64,000 nt of DNA. It comes from Macrostomum lignano (taxonomy: Eukaryota). This document shows positions 37,038 through 49,616 of this stretch, in pieces. Position numbers and translations under genes: made by a program. Below the pieces are notes generated by a model. That model saw nothing but the letters and a program-made list of their open reading frames with translations. It did not search any database and was not told where the DNA came from. Within the stretch, counting starts at the first letter, position 1. Every line of letters begins with the position of its first letter. Where the stretch lies: contig NIVC01002299.1 in assembly GCA_002269645.1 (NCBI GenBank), positions 1 through 64,000 on the forward strand. The letters run 5' to 3'.

Positions 37038-37470
37038 CAGGATTGGCAACCTTTTCAGAGCAAGGGCCAAAAAGCTATTTTTCAAGGGTTTAGTGGCCAA
37101 TAACAAAAAAGTGAAAAACTAAAAATTTTTCATGCCAGTTTAAACAAACATTTTTCTAAATAGATAATTAATAAATACCTTAATCTCATCCAACCATTTG
37201 GGTTCCCTTATCCCAAAACCTGCCTTGTTCTATCTCTTCTTATTTCAACCCCAATAACTACCCCCTAGAAGCACTTAGTGCACCTATCTTTCCCCCATAA
37301 AAGGCCAATATATGGATAAGAAAGGTGAGTATGAGAAAGAGAAAAAGAAAGAAGGTGGATTGAAATAGCAAGGGGCCAGATGCAATCCTATATCATTAAG
37401 GGCCTTAGGAGCCAGATTGGAAGGCTTCAGAGGCTAGATCTGGCCCTAGGGCCAAAGATTGCTAACCCTT
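37038..37470. mobile_element. Degenerate hAT(Charlie)-like MITE
   Basis: CAGGATTGGCAACC...AAGGGCC at the left end; GGGCCAGA...GGCCCTAGGGCCAAAGATTGCTAACCCT at the right end. Confidence 0.55.
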
Positions 37471-38325
37471 AGTTTAGCATAAAATTAAACTAGTCTTAGC
37501 CTTCATTCTTTATATTGGCAATATAACTAGAAATTCAATGAAGGTGAAACTCTAGAGTGTTAAAACTAAAAGGGAGAGTAAAAAGGGACAAGCTTATATT
37601 TTGATAATAATTTGGATTTATATATTAGACCCATACATATAGTCATTAGTGATTTACCCTGGCTATGCTACTTACTTATGAAAAAACCTAAGCAAAAATT
37701 AATATTATTTTGAATAAATGGCATTAGTAACTATGACTTTATAATTAAAATATTGTGGCATTCTTATAATACAAGTGCTAGAGCCAAGCTTGTTGACACC
37801 TGACTATTAATTTATATATTCTATGCAAGGTAAACACTATATTGTTAAACTTCAATCTTAAATATTACTTTTCACCAATATAAAGTCAGTCCATCTCATT
37901 GTATAAAGCATTTTTGTATCTTTCTGTGCTGATTGTTATTACTTTCCCAATTAACTACTTACAGTAGTCAATTGATATTTGCTTGGGAACATTTTTGCAG
38001 AGCTGATTTAGAAAGCAAAATAGAATGTTTATTTTCTAGTGCTGCATCCCTAGGCAATGTGAATAAGTCTTTTGTGACTTTCGGTTATATATTGTTGATC
38101 TCAGATCCCTTCTCTCTTATCTGCTCATCTCCTCTCCTCATCTCTCCCTCTCTGCACTCCTTTCCTCTCTCCTCTTCTCTCCCTTATCTCTCTCTCTTCT
38201 CCCCTTTTCGATTTAATCCCTCCTCTCGTTGCCTTGATTCCCTCGCCTCCTTTCCCTAACTCTTCTCTCTTCTCTATTCCCTCTCCTCTCTCTCCTCTGG
38301 CCCACAGTCATGCTTTAGTTAGGTT

Positions 38326-38897
38326 CTCTATCTGGCACTTGAGGTCAAAAAGTTTGCCGACCCCTGATATAGATAAACGTTCCCTTTATCTATATCTTCT
38401 CTATCTGGCACTTGAGGTCAAAAAGTTTGCCGACCCCTGATATAGATAAACGTTCCCTTTATCTATATCTTCTCTATCTGGCACTTGAGGTAAACAAGTT
38501 TGCCGACCCCTGATATAGATAAACGTTCCCTTTATCTATATCTTCTCTATCTGGCACTTGAGGTAAACAAGTTTGCCGACCCCTGATATAGATAAACGTT
38601 CCCTTTATCTATATCTTCTCTATCTGGCACTTGAGGTAAACAAGTTTGCCGACCCCTGATATAGATAAACGTTCCCTTTATCTATATCTTCTCTATCTGG
38701 CACTTGAGGTAAACAAGTTTGCCGACCCCTGATATAGATAAACGTTCCCTTTATCTATATCTTCTCTATCTGGCACTTGAGGTAAACAAGTTTGCCGACC
38801 CCTGATATAGATAAACGTTCCCTTTATCTATATCTTCTCTATCTGGCACTTGAGGTAAACAAGTTTGCCGACCCCTGATATAGATAAACGTTCCTTT
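38326..38897. repeat. 73-bp tandem repeat, ~8 copies; each unit contains a hAT-type terminus
   Basis: TATCTGGCACTTGAGGTAAACAAGTTTGCCGACCCCTGATATAGATAAACGTTCCCTTTATCTATATCTTCTC. Confidence 0.95.
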
Positions 38898-39388
38898 ATG
38901 CTTGCTCCAAGTTTGCACACCTTGAGACTGAATTTCTGTCGGTTTTATCGTAATTCGCCTATAAATTACATTATCAATCGTAACGGGGATTGAAATTGGG
39001 CTCAAAATCCAGCTATATACAAAATTTCCACTTGTGTGCGCATATAGGCGCTCTCGCATTTGTCGACTCTTGACAGCAGTGGATAGAGGGATAGAGAGTC
39101 AGCAGCTGCTTCTTTGCAAAGCAGTCGTCAAAAAATGGATTCCCATTCAGTTCATTTTTTCTTATTGTCTTACTCCCTTCTATTCTGTCTCTGCTCCTTA
39201 TATTCTTTTATTGGTTCAACCGGCTCAGTGAAGTAATGCACACTAGTAGTAATATGCATGTAAGCGATCCATTCCGTCTCTCATATGCCATGCACACTGC
39301 ATGCGATAGTCGATAAGTTATAACCGGCAACTGCACCGCGTATTTCCAGCCGGCGGGAGAAAAGGTTCCGCAGTTTTCACACTGAGCA

Positions 39389-39589
39389 ATGAACGGCTGT
39401 CTGGGCGCTACCACCCAACAGCGGCGGTCGCATCACAGCCGACTGTCGCAGCTAGACGGAGCTGGCGCAAGCGGCTCTGACTACTACAGCTATGTGGCCT
39501 CCTTCTCACCTGCTGCGGCTGCCGCTAGCAGGTTGGGCTTATTGCGACAGCGGCTGATTGCTAGGATTGGAGACCTGACTCTGCGTCAG
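39389..39589 (+). CDS. Orphan putative first coding exon (67 codons), product unknown
   Basis: ttccgcag acceptor 15 nt before the ATG, GC/Ala-rich exon-like composition, CAG|gtgcat donor, followed by an intron-type minisatellite; no family recognised and the downstream exon is uncertain. Confidence 0.4.
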
Positions 39590-39659
39590 GTGCATATCTG
39601 GTTAGTGCAGACTGGGCTATCCGGTTTTTATTCGAAGCTTGATATTGATCTTGCAGCAC

Positions 39660-39895
39660 TGTGAGATTGTTGCTCATCTGATTGAATCATTGAGATTATT
39701 GCTCATCTGATTGCATCACTGTGAGATTGTTGCTCATCTGATCGAATCACTGAGATTGTTGCTCATCTGATTGAATCATTAAGATTATTGCTCATCTGAT
39801 TGCATCACTGTGAGATTGTTGCTCATCAGATTGCATCACTGAGATTGTTGCTCACCTGATTGTAGCACTGTGAGATTGTTGCTCACCTGATTTCA
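39660..39895. repeat. 29/31-bp minisatellite, ~8 copies
   Basis: GAGATTGTTGCTCATCTGATTGAATCACT. Confidence 0.92.
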
Positions 39896-40312
39896 TCAAT
39901 GTGATTGATATTATTTTTGTTGTGCTTTTGTCACAGTATAATATTTAAAATATATTTCATGGATAATATGTGTTAGTCTGTGCCCTACGCAACTACTAGA
40001 ATTAGTGAAAAAAATCAATTATTTTCTTTATAAAACATTATTTTTAGTCCTTTCTGCCCAAATTGAAAACTAAACCAGCCAGTGAGTTGTTTTCTGCATG
40101 GCATATTTTTATTCATATTTTTGTGTAGTAGATTAGCTCAGTTATTCCTAGATTAATCATGTTGTTACCTAGAAACTGCGGTGTTACTATTCAGTGTTTG
40201 AGAGAAACTTTCATACTATCTTTGTTTAATTTTGTTATTTGGTCAGTTGCTGTGTGCTTTAGCCTATTTATTTATATTGTGTATATACTGAATATAGCTT
40301 TTTGCAGCCCAT

Positions 40313-42207
40313 TAGGGCTTACGCGCATTGAATTGAATCCGAGATACGTTTGCCAATGTAACATAGCTTTTGTCTATGGTAGCAAGGCTGGCACAGCGGC
40401 ATTTCAAAAAGCATCAATTTGGTCCATAGCTTCATTTGCAACTGCTGCGGAGGAGCAAGATCAGCCCCACAATTGTGGACCATGTGCCATTGGCTTGTGA
40501 TCGAAGCACTCGGCAGAGGTGAACACCTAAAAGACATTGCAAGGTTGCTGAATGTAAAAGAAATGATGGTTTACAGCATCCATCAGCGCGTTGAAACTCT
40601 GCCGGCAGAGGTTGCCTGCGAAAGGGTGGCAATCGCCAAAACAAGTTGCGAGAGCCTCAGGTCCAACTGCTACTCAATGCAGTTGAGACGAATCCTTTGT
40701 TGACAGTGCAGAAAATTCAGCATAAGTTAAAGGAACAGTTCCGGTTGGTTATCAGATTTCGACCATCAGCAGAGCTCTGGAAAAGCGACAGAAAATTGTT
40801 GGTAGAGACGCTGACATCCCAGCGGTACGCAACAACCCGCAGACGGTTGCGAGGAGGCAGGAGTATCTCCAATGGTTCACGCGCGTTTGGACCAAATTGA
40901 TGCTTGTTGGACCAAATTGATGCTTGTTGGACCAAATTGATGCTTGTTGGACCAAATTGATGCTTGTTGGACCAAATTGATGCTTGTTGGACCAAATTGA
41001 TGCTTGTTGGACCAAATTGATGCTTGTTGGACCAAATTGATGCTTGTTGGACCAAATTGATGCTTGTTGGACCGAATTGATGCTTGTTGGACCAAATTGA
41101 TGCTTGTTGGACCGAATTGATGCTTGTTGGACCAAATTGATGCTTGTTGGACCAAATTGATGCTTGTTGGACCAAGTTGATGCTTGCTGGACCGAATTGA
41201 TGCTTGTTGGACCAAATTGATGCTTTTTGGACCGAATTGATGCTTGTTGGACCAAGTTGATGCTTGTTGGACCAAATTGATGCTTGTTGGACCAAATTAA
41301 ATGCTTGTTGGACCAAATTGATGCTTGTTGGACCAAATTAATGCTTGTTGGACCGAATTGATGCTTGTTGGACCAAGTTGATGCTTGTTGGACCAAGTTG
41401 ATGCTTGTTGAACCAAATTAATGCTTGTTGGACCAAATTGATGCTTGTTGGACCAAATTGATGCTTGTTGGACCGAATTGATGCTTGTTGGACCAAATTG
41501 ATGCTTGTTGGACCGAATTGATGCTTGTTGGACCAAATTGATGCTTGTTGGACCAAATTGATGCTTGTTGGACCGAATTGATGCTTGTTGGACCAAATTG
41601 ATGCTTGTTGGACCAAATTGATGCTTGTTGGACCGAATTGATGCTTGTTGGACCGAATTGATGCTTGTTGGACCAAATTGATGCTTGTTGGACCAAATTG
41701 ATGCTTGTTGGACCAAGTTGATGCTTGTTGGACCAAGTTGATGCTTGTTGAACCAAATTAATGCTTGTTGGACCAAATTGATGCTTGTTGGACCGAATTG
41801 ATGCTTGTTGGACCGAATTGATGCTTGTTGGACCAAATTGATGCTTGTTGGACCAAATTGATGCTTGTTGGACCGAATTGATGCTTGTTGGACCGAATTG
41901 ATGCTTGTTGGACCGAATTGATGCTTGTTGGACCAAATTGATGCTTTTTGGACCGAATTGATGCTTGTTGGACCAAATTGATGCTTGTTGGACCGAATTG
42001 ATGCTTGTTGGACCGAATTGATGCTTGTTGGACCGAATTGATGCTTGTTGGACCGAATTGATGCTTGTTGGACCGAATTGATGCTTGTTGGACCGAATTG
42101 ATGCTTGTTGGACCGAATCAAATGTCGCTGTGCCAGCCTTGCTACCATAGACAGGAGCTCCGTTACATTGACATACCTATCTTGGATTAAATTCAATGTA
42201 TGCGCAC
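40313..42207 (+). mobile_element. Decayed IS630/Tc1-like DNA transposon with ~90-bp TIRs; catalytic region replaced by a satellite
   Basis: 40320-40405 is inverted at 42120-42205. A frameshifted N-terminal transposase spans 40482-40880: LVIEALGRGEHLKDIARLLNVKEMMVYSI / RKGGNRQNKLREPQVQLLLNAVETNPLLTVQKIQHKLKEQF / ISTISRALEK...IPAVRNNPQTVARRQEYLQWF. Confidence 0.8.
40887..42118. repeat. 20-bp minisatellite, ~61 copies
   Basis: TTGGACCAAATTGATGCTTG. Confidence 0.97.
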
Positions 42208-42250
42208 TACTACTAAATATAACTACTAAATATACTTAAATCTATCCTTA

Positions 42251-42392
42251 GGCCGTTTCTATTGGCAACACACATGTAAGTCGCTATTGACTGAGAGCAG
42301 TCACGTGACTACTGTTCCGTCCAATAGTGACTTACATGCGTGTGTTGCCAATAGAAACGGCCGGGTAAATCCCTAGGTTGCGCCCAAGCATG
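42251..42392. mobile_element. Foldback MITE copy 3 (inverted)
   Basis: Homologous to 28844-29011. Confidence 0.8.
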
Positions 42393-42793
42393 CACGTAAG
42401 CCCCAATTGACTGAAAAAAGCTATATTCTCTGCAGTGCCATTTAAATATGTCATTTCCAATTGGACATTCTAGGGCAACGGTTCACCTCAGCTGGGCTAC
42501 TCTAGTAGAATTTTTTGGCCCATTACGCGAAAAGCCGGAGGTTTTGGCCTTAGACAGTGGCTTCTGCAGCTCTCACGCACTAGCACTAGAAGAAAAAACT
42601 GACTGTCAGCAGCAGCTAGTTGTCTCTGGCTCTAACCCCGGGGTTTTCGGTGTTAGGCGACGGTCGCTAAATACATTAGCAAATGCTGTAGTGACAGAAT
42701 ATAGTACATAGATCTCTTATTCTAGAGCGGGCCGGATTGCTATTGAGAAGTTTCAATGGCCGGATAGAGAGGCCTCGGGGGGGTGGTCTCTTC

Positions 42794-45700
42794 ATGGATT
42801 GTTCGACCAGTGACTCAAAACGGTAAGGTTAAAGGTACTAAAGCAGACAGAAACATATAGGACCTGATTTCTGCCATGGACTTGAGCTTTAACTCCTATT
42901 TTCAATAATAATTGAATTGAAAATAATTAAATTAAAAAACGACTTAGTTATTTCGTGCATTTTTCTAGTATTCATTACAGTAGAGTGTAGCGAATTGATA
43001 TTCGCATTATCAATTTTGCACATTTTGTAATTTAGCATATATTTCAACACCAACAATTTTCTGATGTCTTCATTGTTTCTGCTGTTTTGGCTATTAATCA
43101 GCTTTTTTGTTGGATTGAATAATAAGTTATCTATTCTCAGAGTTGTCTCACAGAATCACTGTTTCTTACAATTTGAAAACCTGTGCTTTCTGGTTTGCTA
43201 TCTGGTCTATCAAAGTAATTTCACTACCCTAATCTATTGGATGGTATCTCTGGATCCCACACCCCATCGGATGGTATCTCTGGATCCCACACCCAATCGG
43301 ATGGTATCTCTAGATCCCACACCCAATCAAATGGTATCTCTGTATGCCACACCCAATCGGATGGTATATCTGGATCCCACACCCAATCGGATGGTATCTC
43401 TAGATCCCACACCCAATCAGATGGTATCTCTGTATGCCACACCCAATCGGATGGTATATCTGGATCCCACACCCAATCGGATGGTATCTCTGGATGCCAA
43501 AACCAATCGGATGGTATCTCTGGATCCCACACCCAATCAGATGGTATCTCTGTATGCCACACCCAATCGGATGGTATCTCTGGATCCCACACCCAATCAG
43601 ATGGTATCTCTAGATCCCACACCCAATCAGATGGTATCTCTGTATGCCACACCCAATAGGATGGTATATCTGGATCCCACACCCAATCGGATGGTATCTC
43701 TGGATGCCAAAACCAATCAGATGGTATCTCTGGATCCCACACCCAATCAGATGGTATCTCTGTATGCCACACCCAATCGGATGGTATATCTGGATCCCAC
43801 ACCCAATCGGATGGTATCTCTGGATGCCACACCCAATCGGATGGTATATCTGGATCCCACACCCAATCGGATGGTATCTCTGGATGCCACATACCATTTT
43901 AAACGATATATATACTCAAAAAATCATAACTGATCCCCATACGTAAGCAATGCATTTCGCCTAACCTAAATTAAAAAATGCAGTGTCGTCGGCCTGTTGC
44001 TAAGCGCCTGCGCTTTTGTCTGCCTGCCAGCTCTGCTTGGCTATCTGCTGCACTCGAGCGCTGGCGAAGCTGCTGAGTCTCACAGTAACGGCTGGTGGCT
44101 GGGCCGCCTTCTGGCTAATCTGATTGGCTACGGGTCTGTTCTGCTGCCTCTGGGCGGCGTTGTGCAGCTGGCTCGGGTGTGGGATTACGAAAGTCGCGGG
44201 CCAAGGTGAGTTTGATGAATCTGGATATTTTGCTGTTCATTTTTGTCTGATATTAAGTACTTTGATAATCGGGATAAAGTTTTAGCTCAAAATGAATTAT
44301 CGGGGTATTAAACTACCAGGGATTATCGGGTATTAAGCTGCAAGGGATTATCGGGTATTAAGCTGCAAGGGATTATCGGGTATTAAGCTGCAAGGGATTA
44401 TCGGGTATTAAGCTGCAAGGGATTATCGGGTATTAAGCTGCAAGGGATTATCGGGTATTAAGCTGCAATTGATTATCAGGAGTATTAAACTGCAATGGAT
44501 TATCGGGGTATTAAGCTGCAATGGATTATCAGGAGTATTAAACTGCAAGGGATTATCGGGTATTAAGCTGCAATTGATTATCAGGAGTATTAAACTGCAA
44601 GGGATTATCGGATATTAAGCTGCAATTGATTATCAGGAGTATTAAACTGCAATGGATTATCGGGGTATTAAGCTGCAATCGATTATCAGGAGTATTAAAC
44701 TGCAAGGGATTATCGGGTATTAGGCTACTGTTGATTATCAGGAGTATTAGGCTACTGTTGATTATCAGGAGTATTAGGTACTGTTGATTATCAGGAGTAT
44801 TAGGCTACTGTTGATTATCAGGAGTATTAGGCTACTGATGATTATCAGGAGTATTAGGCTACTGATGATTATCAGGAGTATTAGGCTACTGTTGATTATC
44901 AGGAGTATTAGGCTACTGATGATTATCAGGAGTATTAGGCTACTGTTGATTATCAGGAGTATTAGGCTACTGTTGATTATCAGGAGTATTAGGCTACTGA
45001 TGATTATCAGGAGTATTAGGCTACTGATGATTATCAGGAGTATTAGGCTACTGTTGATTATCAGGAGTATTAGGCTACTGATGATTATCAGAAGTATTAG
45101 GCTACTGTTGATTATCAGGAGTATTAGGCTACTGTTGATTATCAGGAGTATTAGGCTACTGTTGATTATCAGGAGTATTAGGCTACTGTTGATTATCAGG
45201 AGTATTAGGCTACTGTTGATTATCAGGAGTATTAGGCTACTGTTGATTATCAGGAGTATTAGGCTACTGTTGATTATCAGGAGTATTAGGCTACTGTTGA
45301 TTATCAGGAGTATTAGGCTACTGTTGATTATCAGGAGTATTAGGCTACTAATGATTATCAGTAGTAATACTCTACTGTTGATTATCAGGAGTATTAGGCT
45401 ACTGTTGATTATCAGGGGCTCGTATTAGGCTACTGATGATTATCAGGAGTATTAGGCTACTGATGATAATCGGTGTTAGAATAGGTGATAATTGGGGATA
45501 AATAACTAGCCACTTGGTTATTAATTATATTTAAGATTATTTAACTAGTGATTAAAGGGAATAATAGTCTACAGGTGATTATTGTGAATAATAATGACAG
45601 ACTGTCGGAGATTAGTCAGTCTAAATTATCTATACTAAGGATTAAGGCGGTTCGGGTCAACCATACAGCTGTATTTAGTAGGCACATTTTATCCACGTTT

Positions 45701-47976
45701 GCAGGCGCAGTCAACAGGGCTGCGCCGTCGGCTGCCTGGCCTGGCTAATCCGCCTGCTGTCAGTGGGCGCCGAGCCCCAGTCCGATTTGGAGGCCGAGCT
45801 GGGCAAAGCCGCTGCCGAGCGGAAGCCTGAGCCGGCGGCTCAACAGCAGCCGCACAGCCGGCAGTGGTACGCCAGCCTGGCCGCCTGCGCTCTTGGCCTG
45901 CAGGTTAGTAACTCCTGCCTGATTATTGCACTCCAATATGCTCATGTTTTTCTATGGTCACAGTCGTACCCTTTGTCATCGGTAAGCTTTTCACGATTCA
46001 CTGTCCTTACTATCACGCATCCCATTTTCACGAATTCCGGATTCACAGTTCTCACTGTCTATCACAGATCCCAAATTCACAGTCCCCATTGTGAGTCACA
46101 GATCCCGAATTTACAGTCCCGCCACTGTCAGTTACAGATCCCACATTCACAGTCCCCATTGTCAGTCACAGATTCCACATTCACAGTCCCCACTGTCAGT
46201 GACAGATCCCGAATTCACAGTCCCCACTGTCAGTGACAGATCCCAAATTCACAGTCCCCATTGTCAGTCACAGATCCCAAATTCACAGTCCCCACTGTCA
46301 GTGACAGATCCCGAATTCACAGTCCCCACTATCAGTCACAGATTCCACATTCACAGTCTCCACTGTCAGTCACAGATCCCGAATTCACAGTCCCCACTGT
46401 CAGTGACAGATCCCAAATTCACAGTCCCCACTGTCAGTCACAGATCCCAAATTCACAGTCCCCACTGTCAGTCACAGATCCCAAATTCACAGTCCCCACT
46501 GTCAGTAGCGCCTGAACTACATGAATTGCTGCCCCAACCCGCCAGGCCGCCTATCTAACCTGGGGCGTGCTCCAAGAGCGCATGGTCACAGCAGACTACG
46601 GTCATGGTGAACGCTTCCGTGACTCGCAGTTCCTGGTGTTCGCCAACCGGTTGCTATCCGGCCTGCTGGCTGTGGTGGCGCTCCGCCTTATCAGCCGGAC
46701 GCCGCATCGGGCGCCAGCCTTTGAGTACACCTGGAGCTCTCTATCTAACGTGCTCAGCTCCTGGTGCCAGTACGAGGCCCTGCTCTACGTTAGCTTTCCA
46801 ACCCAGGTGTTGGCCAAGGCTTGCAAAATTATACCAGTGATGCTGATGGGAAAACTGGTGTCAAGGAAGTCATATCGATGGGACGAATATGCTACCGCCG
46901 CCCTAATTAGCGCAGGTCTGCGACTGCCGCTTATTTATGAGTACCTCATGGGTTCAGTAGGGAACTTGTGCCGTAATAGACACCCTAATCTCCAAAAAAT
47001 CCTCATTATGACCCAATCCAAATCCTCATTATGATACAATCAAAATCCTCATTATGACCCAATCCAAATCCTCATTATGACACAATCAAAATCCTCATTA
47101 TGACCCAATCCAAATCCTCATTATGACACAATCCAAATCCTCATTATGACCCCTAGTCCCCTAATCAAAATATTCATTATAACCCCCAATCAAAATCCTC
47201 ATTATGACACCAATCAAAATCCTCATGACCCAATAAAAATCCTCATGACCCTATCAAAGTCCTCATTATGACCCAATCCAAATCCTCATTATGAAACAAT
47301 CCAAATCCTCATTATGACCCCAATCAAAATATTCATAATGACCCCCAATCCAAATCCTCATTATGACCCCCAATCAAAATATCCATAATGACACCCCAAT
47401 CCAAATCCTCATTATGACTATATCCCCGCAGGCACCAGCACATTTCTACTCGCCTCCGAATCGGATGAGCACGCAACGTCGGCCGCGGCCACGACGCTCA
47501 GCGGCGCCGCCCTCCTAGCCGGCTACATGGCCTTCGACGCGTTCACCAGCACCTGGCAGAGTGTGCTGTTCACCCGCCACGGCGTCACCACCCTGCAGAT
47601 GATGGCTGGCACCAGCGTGCTGTCCTGCGTGCTCACGGTGGCCGCCCAGCTTGAGCAGGGCTCCCTGCCTGCGGCTGTAGCGTTCGCTTGTCGGCATCCG
47701 CAGTTCCTCATGCATCTGGGCCTGTTGTCAGTGTGCTCCACAATTGGCCAGCTGGTCATCTTCCAGACCATCGCCAGGTTCGGCTCGGTCACTTTTATCA
47801 TCATTATGACCGTCAGGCAGGCTTTCGCCATCCTGCTGTCCTGCCTCATCTACCAGCATCGGGTGCCGCCGCTTGGCTACCTGGGCGTTGCCGTTGTTTT
47901 TCTGGCTCTGTTTCTTAGAATCTACCTGGGCCAGCGAATGCGACAGCAGCCCAGGACTGGCCGACCTTCTGGTTGA
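42794..47976 (+). CDS. SLC35B2: PAPS transporter 1 (adenosine 3'-phospho 5'-phosphosulfate transporter), 5 exons, 454 aa
   Basis: Exons 42794-42822 (least certain), 43984-44205, 45705-45903, 46546-46915 and 47432-47976, phases consistent. Motifs: [110 protein letters not shown]. Confidence 0.92.
43238..43890. repeat. 30-bp minisatellite, ~22 copies, SLC35B2 intron 1
   Basis: ATGGTATCTCTGGATCCCACACCCAATCGG. Confidence 0.95.
44312..45465. repeat. Compound 25-27-bp minisatellite, SLC35B2 intron 2
   Basis: GGGATTATCGGGTATTAAGCTGCAA grading into GATTATCAGGAGTATTAGGCTACTGTT. Confidence 0.95.
46040..46505. repeat. 34-bp minisatellite, ~14 copies, SLC35B2 intron 3
   Basis: CACAGTCCCCACTGTCAGTCACAGATCCCAAATT. 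Confidence 0.93.
46998..47418. repeat. 23-25-bp minisatellite, ~17 copies, SLC35B2 intron 4
   Basis: GACCCAATCCAAATCCTCATTAT. Confidence 0.93.
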
Positions 47977-48051
47977 GATGTTGCTTTAGGGGTCAGAGAG
48001 TGGCGATTGTTGTCTGAAGTTTACCGCGTGACCATGTTTAAGCCCTCCGAT

Positions 48052-49178
48052 TCTAATTGCTGGGATTCGAGTGACTAATTGCTGGGATTCGAGTGGCTAA
48101 TTGCTGGGATTCGAGTGGCTAATTGCTGGGATTCGAGTGGCTAATTGTGGGGATTCGAGTGGCTAATTGTGGGGATTCGAGTGGCTAATTGCTGGGATTT
48201 GAGTGGCTAATCTTTGGGATTCGAGTGGCTAATCTTTGGGATTCGAGTGGCTAATTGTTGGGATTCGAGTGGCTAATCTTTGGGATTCGAGTGGCTAATT
48301 GTTGGGATTCGAGTGGCTAATTGTGGGGATTCGAGTGGCTAATTGTTGGGATTCGAGTGGCTAATTGTTGGGATTCGAGTGGCTAATTGTTGGGATTCGA
48401 GTGGCTAATTGTGGGGATTCGAGTGGCTAATTGTTGGGATTCGAGTGTCTAATTGTTGGGATTCGAGTGTCTAATTGTTGGGATTCGAGTGTCTAATTGT
48501 GGGGATTCGAGTGGCTAATTGTTGGGATTCGAGTGGCTAATCTTTGGGATTCGAGTGGCTAATTGTGGGGATTCGAGTGGCTAATCTTTGGGATTCGAGT
48601 GGCTAATTGTTGGGATTCGAGTGGCTAATTGTGGGGATTCGAGTGGCTAATTGTTGGGATTCGAGTGGCTAATCTTTGGGATTCGAGTGGCTAATTGTTG
48701 GGATTCGAGTGGCTAATTGTGGGGATTCGAGTGGCTAATTGTTGAGATTCGAGTGGCTAATTGTGGGGATTCGAGTGGCTAATTGTGAGGATTCGAGTGG
48801 CTAATTGTTGGGATTCGAGTGGCTAATCTTTGGGATTTGAGTGGCTAATCTTTGGGATTCGAGTGGCTAATCTTTGGGATTCGAGTGTCTAATTGTTGGG
48901 ATTCGAGTGGCTAATCTTTGGGATTCGAGTGGCTAATTGTTGGGATTCGAGTGGCTAATTGTGGGGATTCGAGTGGCTAATTGTGGGGATTCGAGTGGCT
49001 AATTGTGAGGATTCGAGTGGCTAATTGTTGGGATTCGAGTGGCTAATTGTTGAGATTCGAGTGGCTAATTGTGGGGATTCGAGTGGCTAATTGTGAGGAT
49101 TCGAGTGGCTAATTGTTGGGATTCGAGTGGCTAATTGTGAGGATTCGAGTGGCTAATTGTGGGGATTCGAGTTGCTAA
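48052..49178. repeat. 22-bp minisatellite, ~51 copies, just after the SLC35B2 stop
   Basis: GGGATTCGAGTGGCTAATTGTT. Confidence 0.97.
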
Positions 49179-49616
49179 CCGTTCCTTATTAACTGACATT
49201 TCAATAACTATTTTGAATGTTCTGGCATTTCTATGCTGTAATCCAAATATTTTCATTATTAATTATTACACGCATTAATCATTATACAGTAGATGCTTTT
49301 TGAATTGCTGAGCAAATTGTATTTCTCTTTAATGTGCGTGTGTGTGCCGAGCTGTCTTTCCCGCGAAAGTCAAAGTGGTAATAACTTACCAGCAAGTTTA
49401 ATTACATTTATAGTTCTAATTTTGTTACAGTAACACACAGTAACAGTTCAGCTCTGTCTGTTCCCGCGTGTTCGACCAATCAAAGTTTATTTGTTTTATT
49501 TTGTTATTTTTAAGTATTCAAATCTGCGCCCTCTGTGCTGTGCGATGAATTAATTGTTTTTAGCTAAATTTATAAATGTTGCTACTCTTGCTGATTATTG
49601 TATTTTAAATAGAGTG

